Positions 37,105-46,930 of a stretch of DNA of 62,045 bases are shown in pieces (positions within the stretch are counted from its first letter, which is position 1; the number at the start of each line of letters is the position of its first letter). Where the stretch lies: the IMG/VR virus record IMGVR_UViG_3300021432_000009, positions 1 to 62,045 of that record. One strand, written 5' to 3'. Position numbers and translations under genes: made by a program. The stretch is from a virus. Lineage: Duplodnaviria > Caudoviricetes. The notes under the pieces are model-generated. The model saw only the letters and a list, made by a program, of their open reading frames with translations, did no database searches and was not told the origin of the DNA.

Positions 37105-38717
37105 TGCGAGACCTCGTCAGGAAACGGGTTGTGCTCTACGTCTTGCACTGGGCGAAGCGAGCCATCGTGGCTCGCGGCATACGCCGCCGTTGCGCCAGCG
37201 AGCGGAATGCCAGCCTTGATATTCGCACTTGTGAACTTCGAAGGGTCGAAATCTGCCCACGGTAACCTCGCGCCGTAGACGTGGCCTGGCGAGGTGGGCG
37301 ACTCGCGAAACAGTATATAGGAGTCGTGGCCTTTGTCCTCAACCCTATTCTTGTAAACTATGCTGTCATAGCCCTTAGACTGCATATAGTTTCGCAAGTT
37401 ATTTGCTTGAGTCTTCAAACTGCTAATTCCATAAATATCCTTCATACTGGCTGTGGCCATACCAGCGTATCTTGCCTCGTCGATCTCGTCTCTCGGCAAT
37501 CCTGCCATCTCTAGTCCCTTTGCTACATTCTCTGGATACCATGTTCCCAAGTCAGGCATCCGAATTGGGTTTTGCGCAACAATTGCAGCGGGGTAGACCC
37601 GCGGAGCAGTAGACCAGTCGAGCGTACTACCTTGTATCTCCTGTGCTGCGCGAGGCGAGCCAAAATGAACGCCAATCTCACCGTCGCCCGGCAACGCAAA
37701 CTGGTCGAATATTGTCGGTGTCCTCGTCCCGTGGTGCACTGCGACGTTGTAGCCTTGCTCCTTTGCCGCCTGTGGCATTTGCCACGTCGCCCCACGCGGC
37801 AGCGCCTCGGTGTCAATCGGAATGTGCGCAGGAGGAGCAGACGGGTTCTTCACTCCTGCAAGATCGAATAGCGACATACCGGGGTTCGCGGCAAGGGCCT
37901 TGTCGATGTCCTCGTCAGCGAGACTTGGCTTCGCAGCGCCTTTGTTATAAAAACTTCCACCTTTCGCATAATTCTCTGCTGCTATCTGAGATTTATTAAC
38001 AAGAGTCGGGTCGAGATGACCCTTAACTTCATTAGCTACAATGTCAGGCAATACCATTGCATCGTTATTTAGATACTTTGCACTTCCACCATATCCCAAT
38101 ACATTTCCAATAGACGTAGTTGGCCAGTCGCTAATATGCTTAGCAAGCTGCGCAGTTGTGTAATTTTTCGACCACGGATTAACTGCAGCGAACTCTGGTG
38201 CAAGATGCTGCATTGTTACCTTAAGACCAATGGAAGCTGCTTGGTCTTCGAGTGAAGGCACCTTCTCCCACGCACTCCCCGCCTTCGGCATCTGTGCCGC
38301 TGCATCCCAGTCGCCGCCCAGCGCGTCCTTAATCGCATTCACAATAGTATCGCTGTGTTCCGCAGGAAGGCTCTTCGGCAGTGCTGAGCGAAACTCATTT
38401 GCAGCAAGCTCGGCTAGCTTCGGCGCTGCCTTCTTCGCCCCGCCGAGGGCAGCCATTGCAATACCTGCGCCCTTCCCTACGCCGACAGGGCCAACTAGTC
38501 CCAGTGCACTTTGCAGCGCAGGGCCAAGCGTGCTAGTTTGATCTATTGTACCAAGCGAAGCAAGACCCGTGCCAATATCCACTGCCGGCTGCACTGCCGC
38601 TCGCATAAGCGCATTCGCAGCTGGACCTTGCTGATAGCGCAGCAGCGCATCTGCTATCGCAGGGGTAATAGTTGTGGGTAGTGGTGAGGATAAGGGGTCC
38701 AGTTCCATGCTAGCCAA
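37101..38717 (-). CDS. Putative ejected protein with ADP-ribosyltransferase-like (ART-PolyVal-type) domain
   Basis: HHGT...F..F, GVHFG, VYP, NP, GYDSI.Y; C-terminal VEHNPF. Confidence 0.6.
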   Translation of the reverse strand: MASMELDPLSSPLPTTITPAIADALLRYQQGPAANALMRAAVQPAVDIGTGLASLGTIDQTSTLGPALQSALGLVGPVGVGKGAGIAMAALGGAKKAAPKLAELAANEFRSALPKSLPAEHSDTIVNAIKDALGGDWDAAAQMPKAGSAWEKVPSLEDQAASIGLKVTMQHLAPEFAAVNPWSKNYTTAQLAKHISDWPTTSIGNVLGYGGSAKYLNNDAMVLPDIVANEVKGHLDPTLVNKSQIAAENYAKGGSFYNKGAAKPSLADEDIDKALAANPGMSLFDLAGVKNPSAPPAHIPIDTEALPRGATWQMPQAAKEQGYNVAVHHGTRTPTIFDQFALPGDGEIGVHFGSPRAAQEIQGSTLDWSTAPRVYPAAIVAQNPIRMPDLGTWYPENVAKGLEMAGLPRDEIDEARYAGMATASMKDIYGISSLKTQANNLRNYMQSKGYDSIVYKNRVEDKGHDSYILFRESPTSPGHVYGARLPWADFDPSKFTSANIKAGIPLAGATAAYAASHDGSLRPVQDVEHNPFPDEVSQ

Positions 38718-41019
38718 CTAACGAGTACGCGCCTGGGGTCTTCGCATAGTTCTTCACATACCAGTGCCCATCTGCGCCCTTCCTCGCGCCCGGGACAGGC
38801 GGATTTTCAACTACTCCCTTCGGCAGCGCAATTGGGCCGCCCTGCCCATTCGCCTTCGGCGCAGCTACGCCAGTGGACTCGGCTTCGTCACTCGCTGCCT
38901 CATCGCCAAGGTGGGCCTCCAAGGACTCTTGCATCGTCTGGCTTACTAGCGCCTTAATCTCATCAGGCTGAATCGCCTCTGCTGCCCTCGCCTTGTCATC
39001 CAGGAACACCTTCAGCCGCTGCGTGAAGGCGTTGTAGGAGTCAATTACGTGCTTGCCGCTTCGATCGTGCCCCTTCAGCTTCTCCCTCGACAACTCCTCC
39101 ATTGTCTTCTGCAGCAGCTGGGTAATCTGCGTAACTTGACCCTGCAAAGCCTGTTCCTGCGGACTTGGACCTTGCCCGAGCGCTTGCGGCGGCACCATGC
39201 GGCGCAGCCTCGCCGCGGCCTCATCGCTTAGGTCGAAGTCGCTGCTCTTCAGCAGCAAGTCGCCAATTAGCGAGGTTAACTGCGGCGCTTGCGTCAGTAT
39301 GAGCGTTAGTGCATTGAATGCCTCCTCACGCTTCGTGCCCCAACTCGGCCCAATGTCTGCCTCGACCTCGTAGGTTCCAGTCATCGGGTTCAAGATATGA
39401 GCAGCAACGCTACCATCATGAGCTAGTCGCTTCGCATAGACTTGCGCGGCCTGCGGGTCGATCTCGAGCTCGAAGTCTGTGCCGTCCTCTGCCATAATGC
39501 GCATTATTCGCTTGGTGTCGTAAAGCTTCGGAATGAGATCGAGCAAAATCTTGCCTATATGTCGGATTGCAATAGCAAGATTATCAATAAAATGATAAGT
39601 AGCAGTGTCGCCTTGCCGCTGACGCTCGTTAATAGCCTTGGCAGATCGTTCATTGCTCCTCTCGCCCATAGAGTCTTGATACTGCCCAGAGGCCATCATA
39701 AAGTCGCCCTGAGCGAGTTGCATTCCAGTCAGTGCAACTGGCGCAGCCACGGGCGGCTCGACACGCTGCGGCGCTGGGATAGCCTCGCCGGCGTCATTCA
39801 GCCCATTATACGGTAGAACAGAGTGGTTTATCTTGTTCGCTGTTTCCCAATACGTCTCGTAGCCCTCAATGGCTTCGGCGGGAGCCATCCAGGGTGACTT
39901 CGTCTGTAAAGCACCATATTCTACGGCAGTACTGGCCCAATAGTTGTACATTCGCTGAGGGTCAATTAGCGCCCGAGTATGCCCCTTCCTGTCCATTATG
40001 CCATCGATGACTGTCTCTTCCCCAATAACTGGCACAATCGGAATGTACTTGCCCGGCCAAGTTTCCTCTTCCACAATAGTATTGCCGACGATGAAGTACC
40101 ACTCAATTGTAGTAGTAGTCGTTTCGCGCGACTTCGTCCGCGGGTCAGCCTCGATCATTCGCAATAGCTCAGGGGCGTCCTCCAGCACACTCTTTCGAAT
40201 ATACGCAGTTTGCTTGCTTTGCTTGTCCGTGTAGGCAAAGAGCGTATCTTTCTTCTGCACCCTTCGGAAGTACTCGCAGGTGCGAATGCTGTCCTGCGTT
40301 ACCCACCCCGCATCATCACTAACTACATTCTGCGCCGCGGCAATATCTTTGTACTCGGGGTACTTCCCCTCGAAGTCCTCCTTGGGCACATCCTCGAAGA
40401 TAAAGCAGCGATTCGCATCGCTTTTGTCTACCTCCTTTGCGCCGCTGTCCATCACAATGTTGAGAGGATCGGGGACGGGCATAATGTAGGGCTCTTGGTC
40501 GAAGGAGTCCTCACTAATATGCCGCGTGCCAATTCGCAAGTAGCCTACGCCGCCATTAACTTGGAATGTGCTCGCCACATCGTAGGCGACAGTGGCATTG
40601 CTGCGGTACTCGATATGCCGCATAATAGCGTTGTGCATCGAGGCGGCCTCGGCCGTCGCGCCATTCCCCGTCGCACGAATTTTGATTGCCGGCTTGTTCT
40701 TCTTCGCATCATTCACGATTTGCAAGTTGTGCTGGCGCGTTTTGTTAATCGTCAGACAGGGGCGCTCATCAACATCCCTGTTGCGCCTAATATCGTTCGG
40801 CCACTGGTAGCCGTTATACGCATCAGCGTTCGCAAACTTAATATCTTCTAAGAAGTTCTTCCGGGCGTGCGACTCCCACTTCGAGTCAATCTTGAAGTCG
40901 TCCTTCGCTTGCTTAAGAATGCGCTCGTGGCGAGTCCTCGCATCGCCAGCGTTGTCGTCGCTCTGCTCAACGTAGCTCTGCGCCCTTACGTCGGGAACTG
41001 TTGCGGAGTGCTCAGCCAT
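38710..41019 (-). CDS. Portal protein (P22-like)
   Basis: QW......R....RPCLTIN, IPIVPV.G, DPQRMYNYW.S, HFIDNL. Confidence 0.93.
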   Translation of the reverse strand: MAEHSATVPDVRAQSYVEQSDDNAGDARTRHERILKQAKDDFKIDSKWESHARKNFLEDIKFANADAYNGYQWPNDIRRNRDVDERPCLTINKTRQHNLQIVNDAKKNKPAIKIRATGNGATAEAASMHNAIMRHIEYRSNATVAYDVASTFQVNGGVGYLRIGTRHISEDSFDQEPYIMPVPDPLNIVMDSGAKEVDKSDANRCFIFEDVPKEDFEGKYPEYKDIAAAQNVVSDDAGWVTQDSIRTCEYFRRVQKKDTLFAYTDKQSKQTAYIRKSVLEDAPELLRMIEADPRTKSRETTTTTIEWYFIVGNTIVEEETWPGKYIPIVPVIGEETVIDGIMDRKGHTRALIDPQRMYNYWASTAVEYGALQTKSPWMAPAEAIEGYETYWETANKINHSVLPYNGLNDAGEAIPAPQRVEPPVAAPVALTGMQLAQGDFMMASGQYQDSMGERSNERSAKAINERQRQGDTATYHFIDNLAIAIRHIGKILLDLIPKLYDTKRIMRIMAEDGTDFELEIDPQAAQVYAKRLAHDGSVAAHILNPMTGTYEVEADIGPSWGTKREEAFNALTLILTQAPQLTSLIGDLLLKSSDFDLSDEAAARLRRMVPPQALGQGPSPQEQALQGQVTQITQLLQKTMEELSREKLKGHDRSGKHVIDSYNAFTQRLKVFLDDKARAAEAIQPDEIKALVSQTMQESLEAHLGDEAASDEAESTGVAAPKANGQGGPIALPKGVVENPPVPGARKGADGHWYVKNYAKTPGAYSLVG

Positions 41020-41296
41020 CTTTCAGAGCCTCTCGCTTCCATACACCATAGTCCGACACTACGTCTCGCACAGCTTGCTCACTTCCGACATATACTGGTG
41101 GAGAAGTTTTACCGAACAGCACAGTCAAGAAGACTCGCCGCGACTTTACAATCTCAGCTACTTCCTCGTCCGAGAGCTCCCAGCACGAAACTGTGCAGAC
41201 GCCATTATTGAATACTGGAATAGCGGCGATATTTTCGCTGTTCAGCGGTGGCATTAGATTAACATTATAGCCGCTGAATTTGACTGGCGTGCCCAC
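41012..41296 (-). CDS. Hypothetical protein
   Basis: SCWEL..EE...I...RV.L...G...PP. Confidence 0.7.
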   Translation of the reverse strand: MGTPVKFSGYNVNLMPPLNSENIAAIPVFNNGVCTVSCWELSDEEVAEIVKSRRVFLTVLFGKTSPPVYVGSEQAVRDVVSDYGVWKREALKDG

Positions 41297-42699
41297 TACC
41301 CGGCCCTCCCACCGCTCAGCCAGCCGGCGCTTGCACCGGGCGAGCCGTAGTAGCGCGACTCGGCATATTCGCCCTCACAGTCGGCGAAGCCCAGCGCCGC
41401 AGCTACGTGGCCGCGCAGCGTCAGTTGTGTCCGTCCCGTGCGCATTTTGCTTGCAATCGCAAAATATTCAAACGCCTTACTTGCATCACTATGCTCGTCG
41501 TGCTTCGGGTGTTGCGAGAACTGTTTCGTCTGCTGATCTACCTCGAAGCGATAGTGGCGCAGATGGTTGATACCCTCAGCACACCTATCTTGATCAAAGT
41601 AGCAGTTCGGGAACACTGTGCGCGCAGCATTTATCATGTCCTTCTCGCTTTGCGATCTCTTCAGCACGACGACAGACTTGAGCTTCTCCCTCGCCTGCTC
41701 CTCAATTGTCATCTTCGCCCCAAGCAGCTTCGCCTTGCCATCATGCGGCAGGAAGTGGGTGCCGTACAGGTACTCGCGAGCTTGCAGGACTTTCAAGTAA
41801 TGGTCGATATGCTTCAAGTTATTTTCGTAAAAATCAAGGAATCGGTACTCGTAGCCGACTTGCTGAACAAACCAAATACTCGTATGGTCGCTGCGGCCAA
41901 GGTCCCAATAAGTGTTAACTGGCTTTGCTCGATCGTATAGGACTTTGCAAATTCGACCTTGCGTCGTGCACTCCCGGAGCTCATCCGCGTAGACACTTCC
42001 TTCGAGGTTCTGCTTGCACTTCCCTTCCCAGACATGCAAATACGAGTCGTAGTTGCGCGCCTTCAAGGCATCGCGCTCTGCCGGCAGTTCCGTCTCTGCA
42101 AACCACGGGTTGTCTCGCCAATTAATGTTAACTAGCGCACAGTTCGGCGGTGTGTGCAGTACAAACCGTTGATAAGTTGCGTCTGTCTCGAGATCTGGGT
42201 TGAAAGTGACGATAATCTCGCTTCCAGGCTTTCGTATTGTGGGTACGAGGACTTCCCAAGACGCTTCACTAACGCTCTGAGCTTCCTCGACCCAGCAGTA
42301 GTCAACGCCTTCGTAGCTTTTGATCTTCCCGACATTGTGGCGAATTCCCTCGAAGCTAAACTCTGTTCCGTTCAGACCCTTAATACTTGCCTGCTGAATG
42401 TCGTAGAAGTGCGAGAGGCCGAGGGACTCGATCTGCTGACTTAGCAGTTTGTGAACTGAGTCTTTAATGGAGTTCTGAAGTTCGCGAGCGCACAGCACGC
42501 TCAGCGGGCGCTTTGCGCCCTCAATGAGTAGCCACCGAGCGACGCCCCATGACTTCGCGCCACCTCGGCCACCATACAGTACTTTGTAGCGTTTGGGCTG
42601 AAATAGAGCCTGGAGCTTATCGGGAAATCTTGCGTCGGCGGTTTGCATTTTGTTGGGCCACTTGTGTAATTCCATTAGTGGGCCGTAGCGGCACCACAT
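41296..42699 (-). CDS. terL: Terminase large subunit (PBSX family)
   Basis: YGGRGGAKS, WVEEA, PTIRK, FNP, WDLG..D; start could instead be 42675 or 42648. Confidence 0.95.
   Translation of the reverse strand: MWCRYGPLMELHKWPNKMQTADARFPDKLQALFQPKRYKVLYGGRGGAKSWGVARWLLIEGAKRPLSVLCARELQNSIKDSVHKLLSQQIESLGLSHFYDIQQASIKGLNGTEFSFEGIRHNVGKIKSYEGVDYCWVEEAQSVSEASWEVLVPTIRKPGSEIIVTFNPDLETDATYQRFVLHTPPNCALVNINWRDNPWFAETELPAERDALKARNYDSYLHVWEGKCKQNLEGSVYADELRECTTQGRICKVLYDRAKPVNTYWDLGRSDHTSIWFVQQVGYEYRFLDFYENNLKHIDHYLKVLQAREYLYGTHFLPHDGKAKLLGAKMTIEEQAREKLKSVVVLKRSQSEKDMINAARTVFPNCYFDQDRCAEGINHLRHYRFEVDQQTKQFSQHPKHDEHSDASKAFEYFAIASKMRTGRTQLTLRGHVAAALGFADCEGEYAESRYYGSPGASAGWLSGGRAG
42655..42684. repeat. 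Dispersed dyad repeat copy C
   Basis: GGGCCAC-TTG-TGTAATTCCA-TTA-GTGGGCC at the terL 5' end. Confidence 0.8.
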
Positions 42700-42803
42700 T
42701 GCCTTCGCTCGGTGGCCTTTCCTTCCTGCGCGCCTTGCGGCGCCTCACTGCGTCCACAACTAAGCACTGAAACTTGTAGAGCGTCCAGCGCTTCTTCATC
42801 TCG

Positions 42804-43145
42804 CTAGGTAATTCCTAGCGCCTGCTGCAGCGTCGCATCGCCGCCAAAGACCGGCGTAGGCCCGCCCGGCGCAGCGACTACGACTAGCGTGCCATCTCGC
42901 GCAATCGAGGCGACTGCCTGCACGCCTGCAGTTGCGTTAATGATGTCGACTAAGTTCTGCGCGCTATGGATCGCCGCCTCGAACGGAATAGTTATCCCGT
43001 TAATCGTTATCCTCGCGCCTTGCAGCGGTGTGTTAAGCGTCTCCGGTGCTTCACCAGACGTGCTAGGATCGACAAATGTCGCTGCCTGGCCCGGCCCCGT
43101 CATAGCGCCGTTTGGCAACCACGAGATGTTCGTCTCGCCCTTCAT
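42804..43145 (-). CDS. Small beta-domain protein, paralog 3 (flagellin-IN-like)
   Basis: ITING..I...V..IN...V.AS...DG.L...GGDATL..ALG. Confidence 0.65.
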   Translation of the reverse strand: MKGETNISWLPNGAMTGPGQAATFVDPSTSGEAPETLNTPLQGARITINGITIPFEAAIHSAQNLVDIINATAGVQAVASIARDGTLVVVAAPGGPTPVFGGDATLQQALGIT

Positions 43146-43154
43146 TGCGCTCTC

Positions 43155-43550
43155 CTACCCCACATAGTTCCCCGCGACCAAGCCGAGTGCCGCGAGTAGC
43201 GTCGCCCCGCCGGCGATGTTAATCGCCACGCCAGTCGCAGTCTGCAAGACGATCTTCCCATCACGGTTAACACTCGCCACTACGTTCGTCGCCCCGTTTA
43301 TGAAGCTCACAATGTCCTTGTTGCCCCAAGTCGTGAGGTCGATTAGCCCCGCCCCAGCGCTCCCGCCGCTCCCGCCAATATTCACCCCGTTAATCGTCAG
43401 CGCGCCGAGGCAGCCAGCGGCGGCGAGCGGAGTAGGTGTGCCCACGGCGAGCGACGGCGGCGAGCCGGTTATCGCGTCACCCTCGATCGTCTGAGGGTTC
43501 GCAATAGTTGGGAAGTGATTCGAGCCAGTAGAGGCGATTACAGTGGTCAT
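43155..43550 (-). CDS. Small beta-domain protein, paralog 2
   Basis: LTING.NI...IVSFIN...VVASV.RDG....GGATLLAALGL. Confidence 0.65.
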   Translation of the reverse strand: MTTVIASTGSNHFPTIANPQTIEGDAITGSPPSLAVGTPTPLAAAGCLGALTINGVNIGGSGGSAGAGLIDLTTWGNKDIVSFINGATNVVASVNRDGKIVLQTATGVAINIAGGATLLAALGLVAGNYVG

Positions 43551-43563
43551 CTTTTCAGACCTC

Positions 43564-43887
43564 TCATCCAGCGACTAGGCCTAGTGCAGCGAGAAGCGTT
43601 GCGTCGCCACCAAGCACGATGTTCGCGCCACTAAGCTGCAAGGCACCATTCCGATCCACACTCGCGACTACGCCGAGCCCAGCAGAGTTGATAAACGAGA
43701 TAATGTTATCAACTCCGTGCGTTGACAAGTCGATTGAGATTGACTTCCCGTTCACAGTTAGGCTAGCCGACTTGCTCGGCGTAGCCAGTGTCTTTGGGGG
43801 CGTGCCCAGCACGCCCGGCACGGTATGCTGCGGCGTTGCGCCAACTGGCACGTGGCCTATCGTGGAGCTTCCGAGCTTTGTTGGCAT
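43564..43887 (-). CDS. Small beta-domain protein, paralog 1
   Basis: LTVNG.SI...IISFIN...VVASVDRNG....GGDATLLAALGL. Confidence 0.65.
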   Translation of the reverse strand: MPTKLGSSTIGHVPVGATPQHTVPGVLGTPPKTLATPSKSASLTVNGKSISIDLSTHGVDNIISFINSAGLGVVASVDRNGALQLSGANIVLGGDATLLAALGLVAG

Positions 43888-43903
43888 CAACGATGCGTCC
43901 TCG

Positions 43904-45142
43904 CTAGAAGTCCGCCGAGACTTCCCACACGCCCGTGCCGCCTGCGGCACCAGTCAGCTGCTCGACCTGCCCCGCAGTGTTCGTATTCGCCGCAGTGATA
44001 GCGCAGGCGTTGAGGCCACAGAGCGCCGCCGTCGGTGTAGCGATAGTCGTGAGCGTATTCGCGATATTCACCTTGAACGTGCCAGCCGTTGTGATGGTGA
44101 TCGTCGGCGTAGCCCGCATAGTCTGTGCAAGTGCAAGCGTGCAGCCGTTCGTGTTGGCTGTCAAGGCTTCGCAATAGCCATTCAGCGGATACGCAGCAGC
44201 AAGTTCAGCGAAGCGCTGGTAGTACGTCTGTGCAATTGCAAGTTCAAGCTGATACGGCTGGAACTCGAACGCACTCGCCGAGGCAGCGACTTCGAGCTGC
44301 GCGCCGGTGAAGGCGAAGCCGTCGGTGGTGCCCGCGCCCGTCGCAGTGGGGGTGAAGCACAGCTCAACGCCGAGCTCTGTCACCGTCGTCGCCAGCGTAA
44401 CTGTGATTTGATAGCGCGCAAAGGCAGTGGTTAGCTGCACGGGCTGTTGGTTGACTGCAAATGCTATCCCCGTCCACGCAGGCGTGATCGCCGGGCTCGC
44501 TGTGAGCGTGCCCAGCCCCTGGTCCGTACCCGTACCGGTGATGATACTCGCTGTCATCAAGTTGCCATTGTCGGCATTCAGACCCGCAAGCGCCGCAGCA
44601 GTGAAGCTCAGCGTCACGGTCTTCCCCGCAAGGTACGTGGAGCGTACCGTGGGAATTTCCTGAATCGCGCAGACGGGCTGCGTGAGCGCGCCACTTGTTC
44701 GGTAGACCTTCAAGACCGCAGGGAAGCCCTGCGGCGGAGTAGGTGTCGACGTAGCGAGCTGCGTCCTGCCTGCGCCGACTGCGACGTTCACATCGCATGA
44801 CCAGCGGTCAGCGCCGTACGCAGTCATAGTCGGCGCAGTGTTCGTCCCGCATGTCGCAATGCCAGTGCCGCGCTGCTGCACGGCCATTGCGCCGTTATCT
44901 AGGTAGTTCCTCGGCGTGCCGGAGAAGTTACCGAGCACACTCAGCGGAATAGTGATCGTCTGCGGCACTTCGCCATTCGGCAGCCCGGTGTCCGCCGCGA
45001 CAATCTCGTTGCCCGTCAGCGGGTTCGTCAGCGGACTCGCCGAGTTTGAAGGGTAGCCGGGGTAGATGCCAGCCGCGTGCGCGGCAATTGCCGCGCAAAT
45101 GAGCGCAACAGAGGCGCCCAACAGAGTTCGCTTCGTATTCAT
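43904..45142 (-). CDS. Signal-peptide-bearing fibre/carbohydrate-binding-like protein
   Basis: MNTKRTLLGASVALICAAIAAHA; RN...NG.M.V.QRG..DRW, QLE....S.FE...EL...Q.YY motifs of phage fibre domains. Confidence 0.7.
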   Translation of the reverse strand: MNTKRTLLGASVALICAAIAAHAAGIYPGYPSNSASPLTNPLTGNEIVAADTGLPNGEVPQTITIPLSVLGNFSGTPRNYLDNGAMAVQQRGTGIATCGTNTAPTMTAYGADRWSCDVNVAVGAGRTQLATSTPTPPQGFPAVLKVYRTSGALTQPVCAIQEIPTVRSTYLAGKTVTLSFTAAALAGLNADNGNLMTASIITGTGTDQGLGTLTASPAITPAWTGIAFAVNQQPVQLTTAFARYQITVTLATTVTELGVELCFTPTATGAGTTDGFAFTGAQLEVAASASAFEFQPYQLELAIAQTYYQRFAELAAAYPLNGYCEALTANTNGCTLALAQTMRATPTITITTAGTFKVNIANTLTTIATPTAALCGLNACAITAANTNTAGQVEQLTGAAGGTGVWEVSADF

Positions 45143-45190
45143 GCTCGTTACCTCATCTGTTGGCCTGCGGCGCGACGCGCCCTCGGCGCG

Positions 45191-45451
45191 TTACTTTCGT
45201 CTCAGTTCCTGCATAGCCCCGCGCATCGTCTCGCGGCCAGGATTCGTCTCGCGTCTCGTCGCCGCGTCGATGTCGGGCTTCGTTTTGCTGAACTTCTCGC
45301 TATGCGAGTACTCGTTACCTTTGCAGCGGGACTCGGACACGATGTAGCCGTTGTCGATCTTCCGCACGCTCACGCTGCACGAGTCGTTGTCACTCGCTGC
45401 GACGTCGCACGGCGCGCTCGCAAGCACACTCACACTATTTCGCTTTGCCAC
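45191..45451 (-). CDS. Hypothetical protein
   Basis: VRKIDNGY.V motif. Confidence 0.6.
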   Translation of the reverse strand: MAKRNSVSVLASAPCDVAASDNDSCSVSVRKIDNGYIVSESRCKGNEYSHSEKFSKTKPDIDAATRRETNPGRETMRGAMQELRRK

Positions 45452-45572
45452 GCTTCACTCCACTACTGAGACTCGGCGACTTCGGGTTAACTCCGCGCAT
45501 CGTAGCACCGGGCGACTTCGCAAGACCGAAGCGAGGCACCTTCGCTGGCTTCGCCTTTGGCAACTTCGCCAC
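45435..45572 (-). CDS. 45-aa Lys/Pro-rich basic peptide
   Basis: GTG start after upstream stop; MAKLPKAKPAKVPRF. Confidence 0.45.
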   Translation of the reverse strand: MAKLPKAKPAKVPRFGLAKSPGATMRGVNPKSPSLSSGVKRGKAK

Positions 45573-45574
45573 GC

Positions 45575-45793
45575 TCAGACGCCCCGATGATTCGGCTTGT
45601 GGTCGAACAGGCGATGCCGCCTGTGGCCGATATCCGGCGTGGGCGAGTGGTGGTTCAGACCCGCTGGCGACGACTCGGGACTTTTCATGTGCTTCCCATG
45701 GCCTGCGTGGCCGCCGATCTTCTCGTGCTTCGGATGTGGCAGGTCGGCGGGCGGCGAGGCGAGGTGCTTGCCGTGGTGCATTCCGTGTTTCAC
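45575..45793 (-). CDS. His-rich small protein
   Basis: GGAG RBS; many His residues. Confidence 0.5.
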   Translation of the reverse strand: MKHGMHHGKHLASPPADLPHPKHEKIGGHAGHGKHMKSPESSPAGLNHHSPTPDIGHRRHRLFDHKPNHRGV

Positions 45794-45841
45794 GGGAGGT
45801 CTCCGTTGTGCCCTGAGATGATGTGCGACGTACTGCCGGCC

Positions 45842-45870
45842 ATTGCACGCGCGTAAGGGCTAGTGAGCAA
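45842..45870 (-). promoter_or_regulatory. Possible promoter of the morphogenesis operon
   Basis: TTGCTC-17 bp-TGCAAT in an intergenic gap. Confidence 0.35.
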
Positions 45871-45927
45871 TCCGGGCGCGGGGCGCCCGGAACCAAACGG
45901 CGTTATTGTGGGCGCTAACGCGCGCAC

Positions 45928-46425
45928 TTACGCCCCGCCCGGCGCCACGTAGCAGTATACTTCGCGCACGCTACTACCAATGATTGCTGTGCCAAGGAAG
46001 ATAACTCCGTGGCCAGTTGGATTGCCCGCGTCGTACTTCATCTTCGAGTTTGGCACAACCACTCTCGTGCCAGTTGGCAGAACGCCCCGCCCATCAGTTA
46101 TGATCGCCACGTAATGGTCGCCCTCAACCTCGAATGTATCTGCCTCGAAGGCGTCCGCCTCGCCACAACACGACAACCTCGGGTGGTCAGGTTGCATAAG
46201 ATTCGCAAACCACTCGGCGACAGCAGGGGAGGAACTGTTCCACTGCGCACTAGGCCGTGCAATCGCATACAGGGCGCTCAGAATGAGCAAAGCGAAGCCA
46301 ATTGCGACAGCGGGCGCCAGCAGCGGATGGTTTCGCACGACGTAGTACGGCGCAAGTACGATAAGCTCGACAATTTCGCACAGCTTGCAGTCGTCGCTGT
46401 AGTGACCGCCGCGCCGATAGGCCAT
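45928..46425 (-). CDS. Membrane-anchored/secreted Cys-containing protein
   Basis: TM then WF..L.QPD...SCCGEAD...NPTG.....YC; AGGAG RBS. Confidence 0.7.
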   Translation of the reverse strand: MAYRRGGHYSDDCKLCEIVELIVLAPYYVVRNHPLLAPAVAIGFALLILSALYAIARPSAQWNSSSPAVAEWFANLMQPDHPRLSCCGEADAFEADTFEVEGDHYVAIITDGRGVLPTGTRVVVPNSKMKYDAGNPTGHGVIFLGTAIIGSSVREVYCYVAPGGA

Positions 46426-46435
46426 TTGCGCACTC

Positions 46436-46930
46436 CTAAACTGGCCCCTTACCGAGAAAATGCCACGTCGGGCTCGCGCCATTTAGGCACTTCGCCAGCG
46501 TAGCGCGAAAGCTATCGCAAACGAGCCGCGGGTCGCTCGCAGGAGTGAGGTTTTTAACAACTACGAAGCCGACAGCGCGCTTCTGCGTCGCCATAGCGAC
46601 AATCGGCAGGTAGAACTCGCGTAACTTTCGCCACGCCTCAGCAGTGTCCGTGAGTTTCGCCTCCCCAACGACGTATTGGTCTAGCGACTGCACGTACAGG
46701 AGGTAGTCAACTTGCGCGTAGCCGCGACCATTTGCGTCGTGAAACTCGAACCAGCTGCCGTACTTCACGGGAATTTTGCCGTACTCGGCTTGCAGCGCAG
46801 CAGCTACACTGCGCTCATACGCAATCCCTCGCGCCTTCACGCCCCGAGGGCGCCCAATTGGGATGCAAGATGGCCGCTCGCAGGGCGTTGCGAAGCGCAG
46901 GCCGACGACTCGGCGTTCTTCCTTGCTCAC
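46436..46930 (-). CDS. PD-(D/E)XK nuclease-like protein
   Basis: G..YE, QVD, EAKLT, L...Y.P. Confidence 0.55.
   Translation of the reverse strand: MSKEERRVVGLRFATPCERPSCIPIGRPRGVKARGIAYERSVAAALQAEYGKIPVKYGSWFEFHDANGRGYAQVDYLLYVQSLDQYVVGEAKLTDTAEAWRKLREFYLPIVAMATQKRAVGFVVVKNLTPASDPRLVCDSFRATLAKCLNGASPTWHFLGKGPV

Noticed and set aside
42802-42820. CGCTAGG-TAATT-CCTAGCG as a fifth copy of the dyad family
   Set aside because: It shares only the TAATT core and the arms are unrelated
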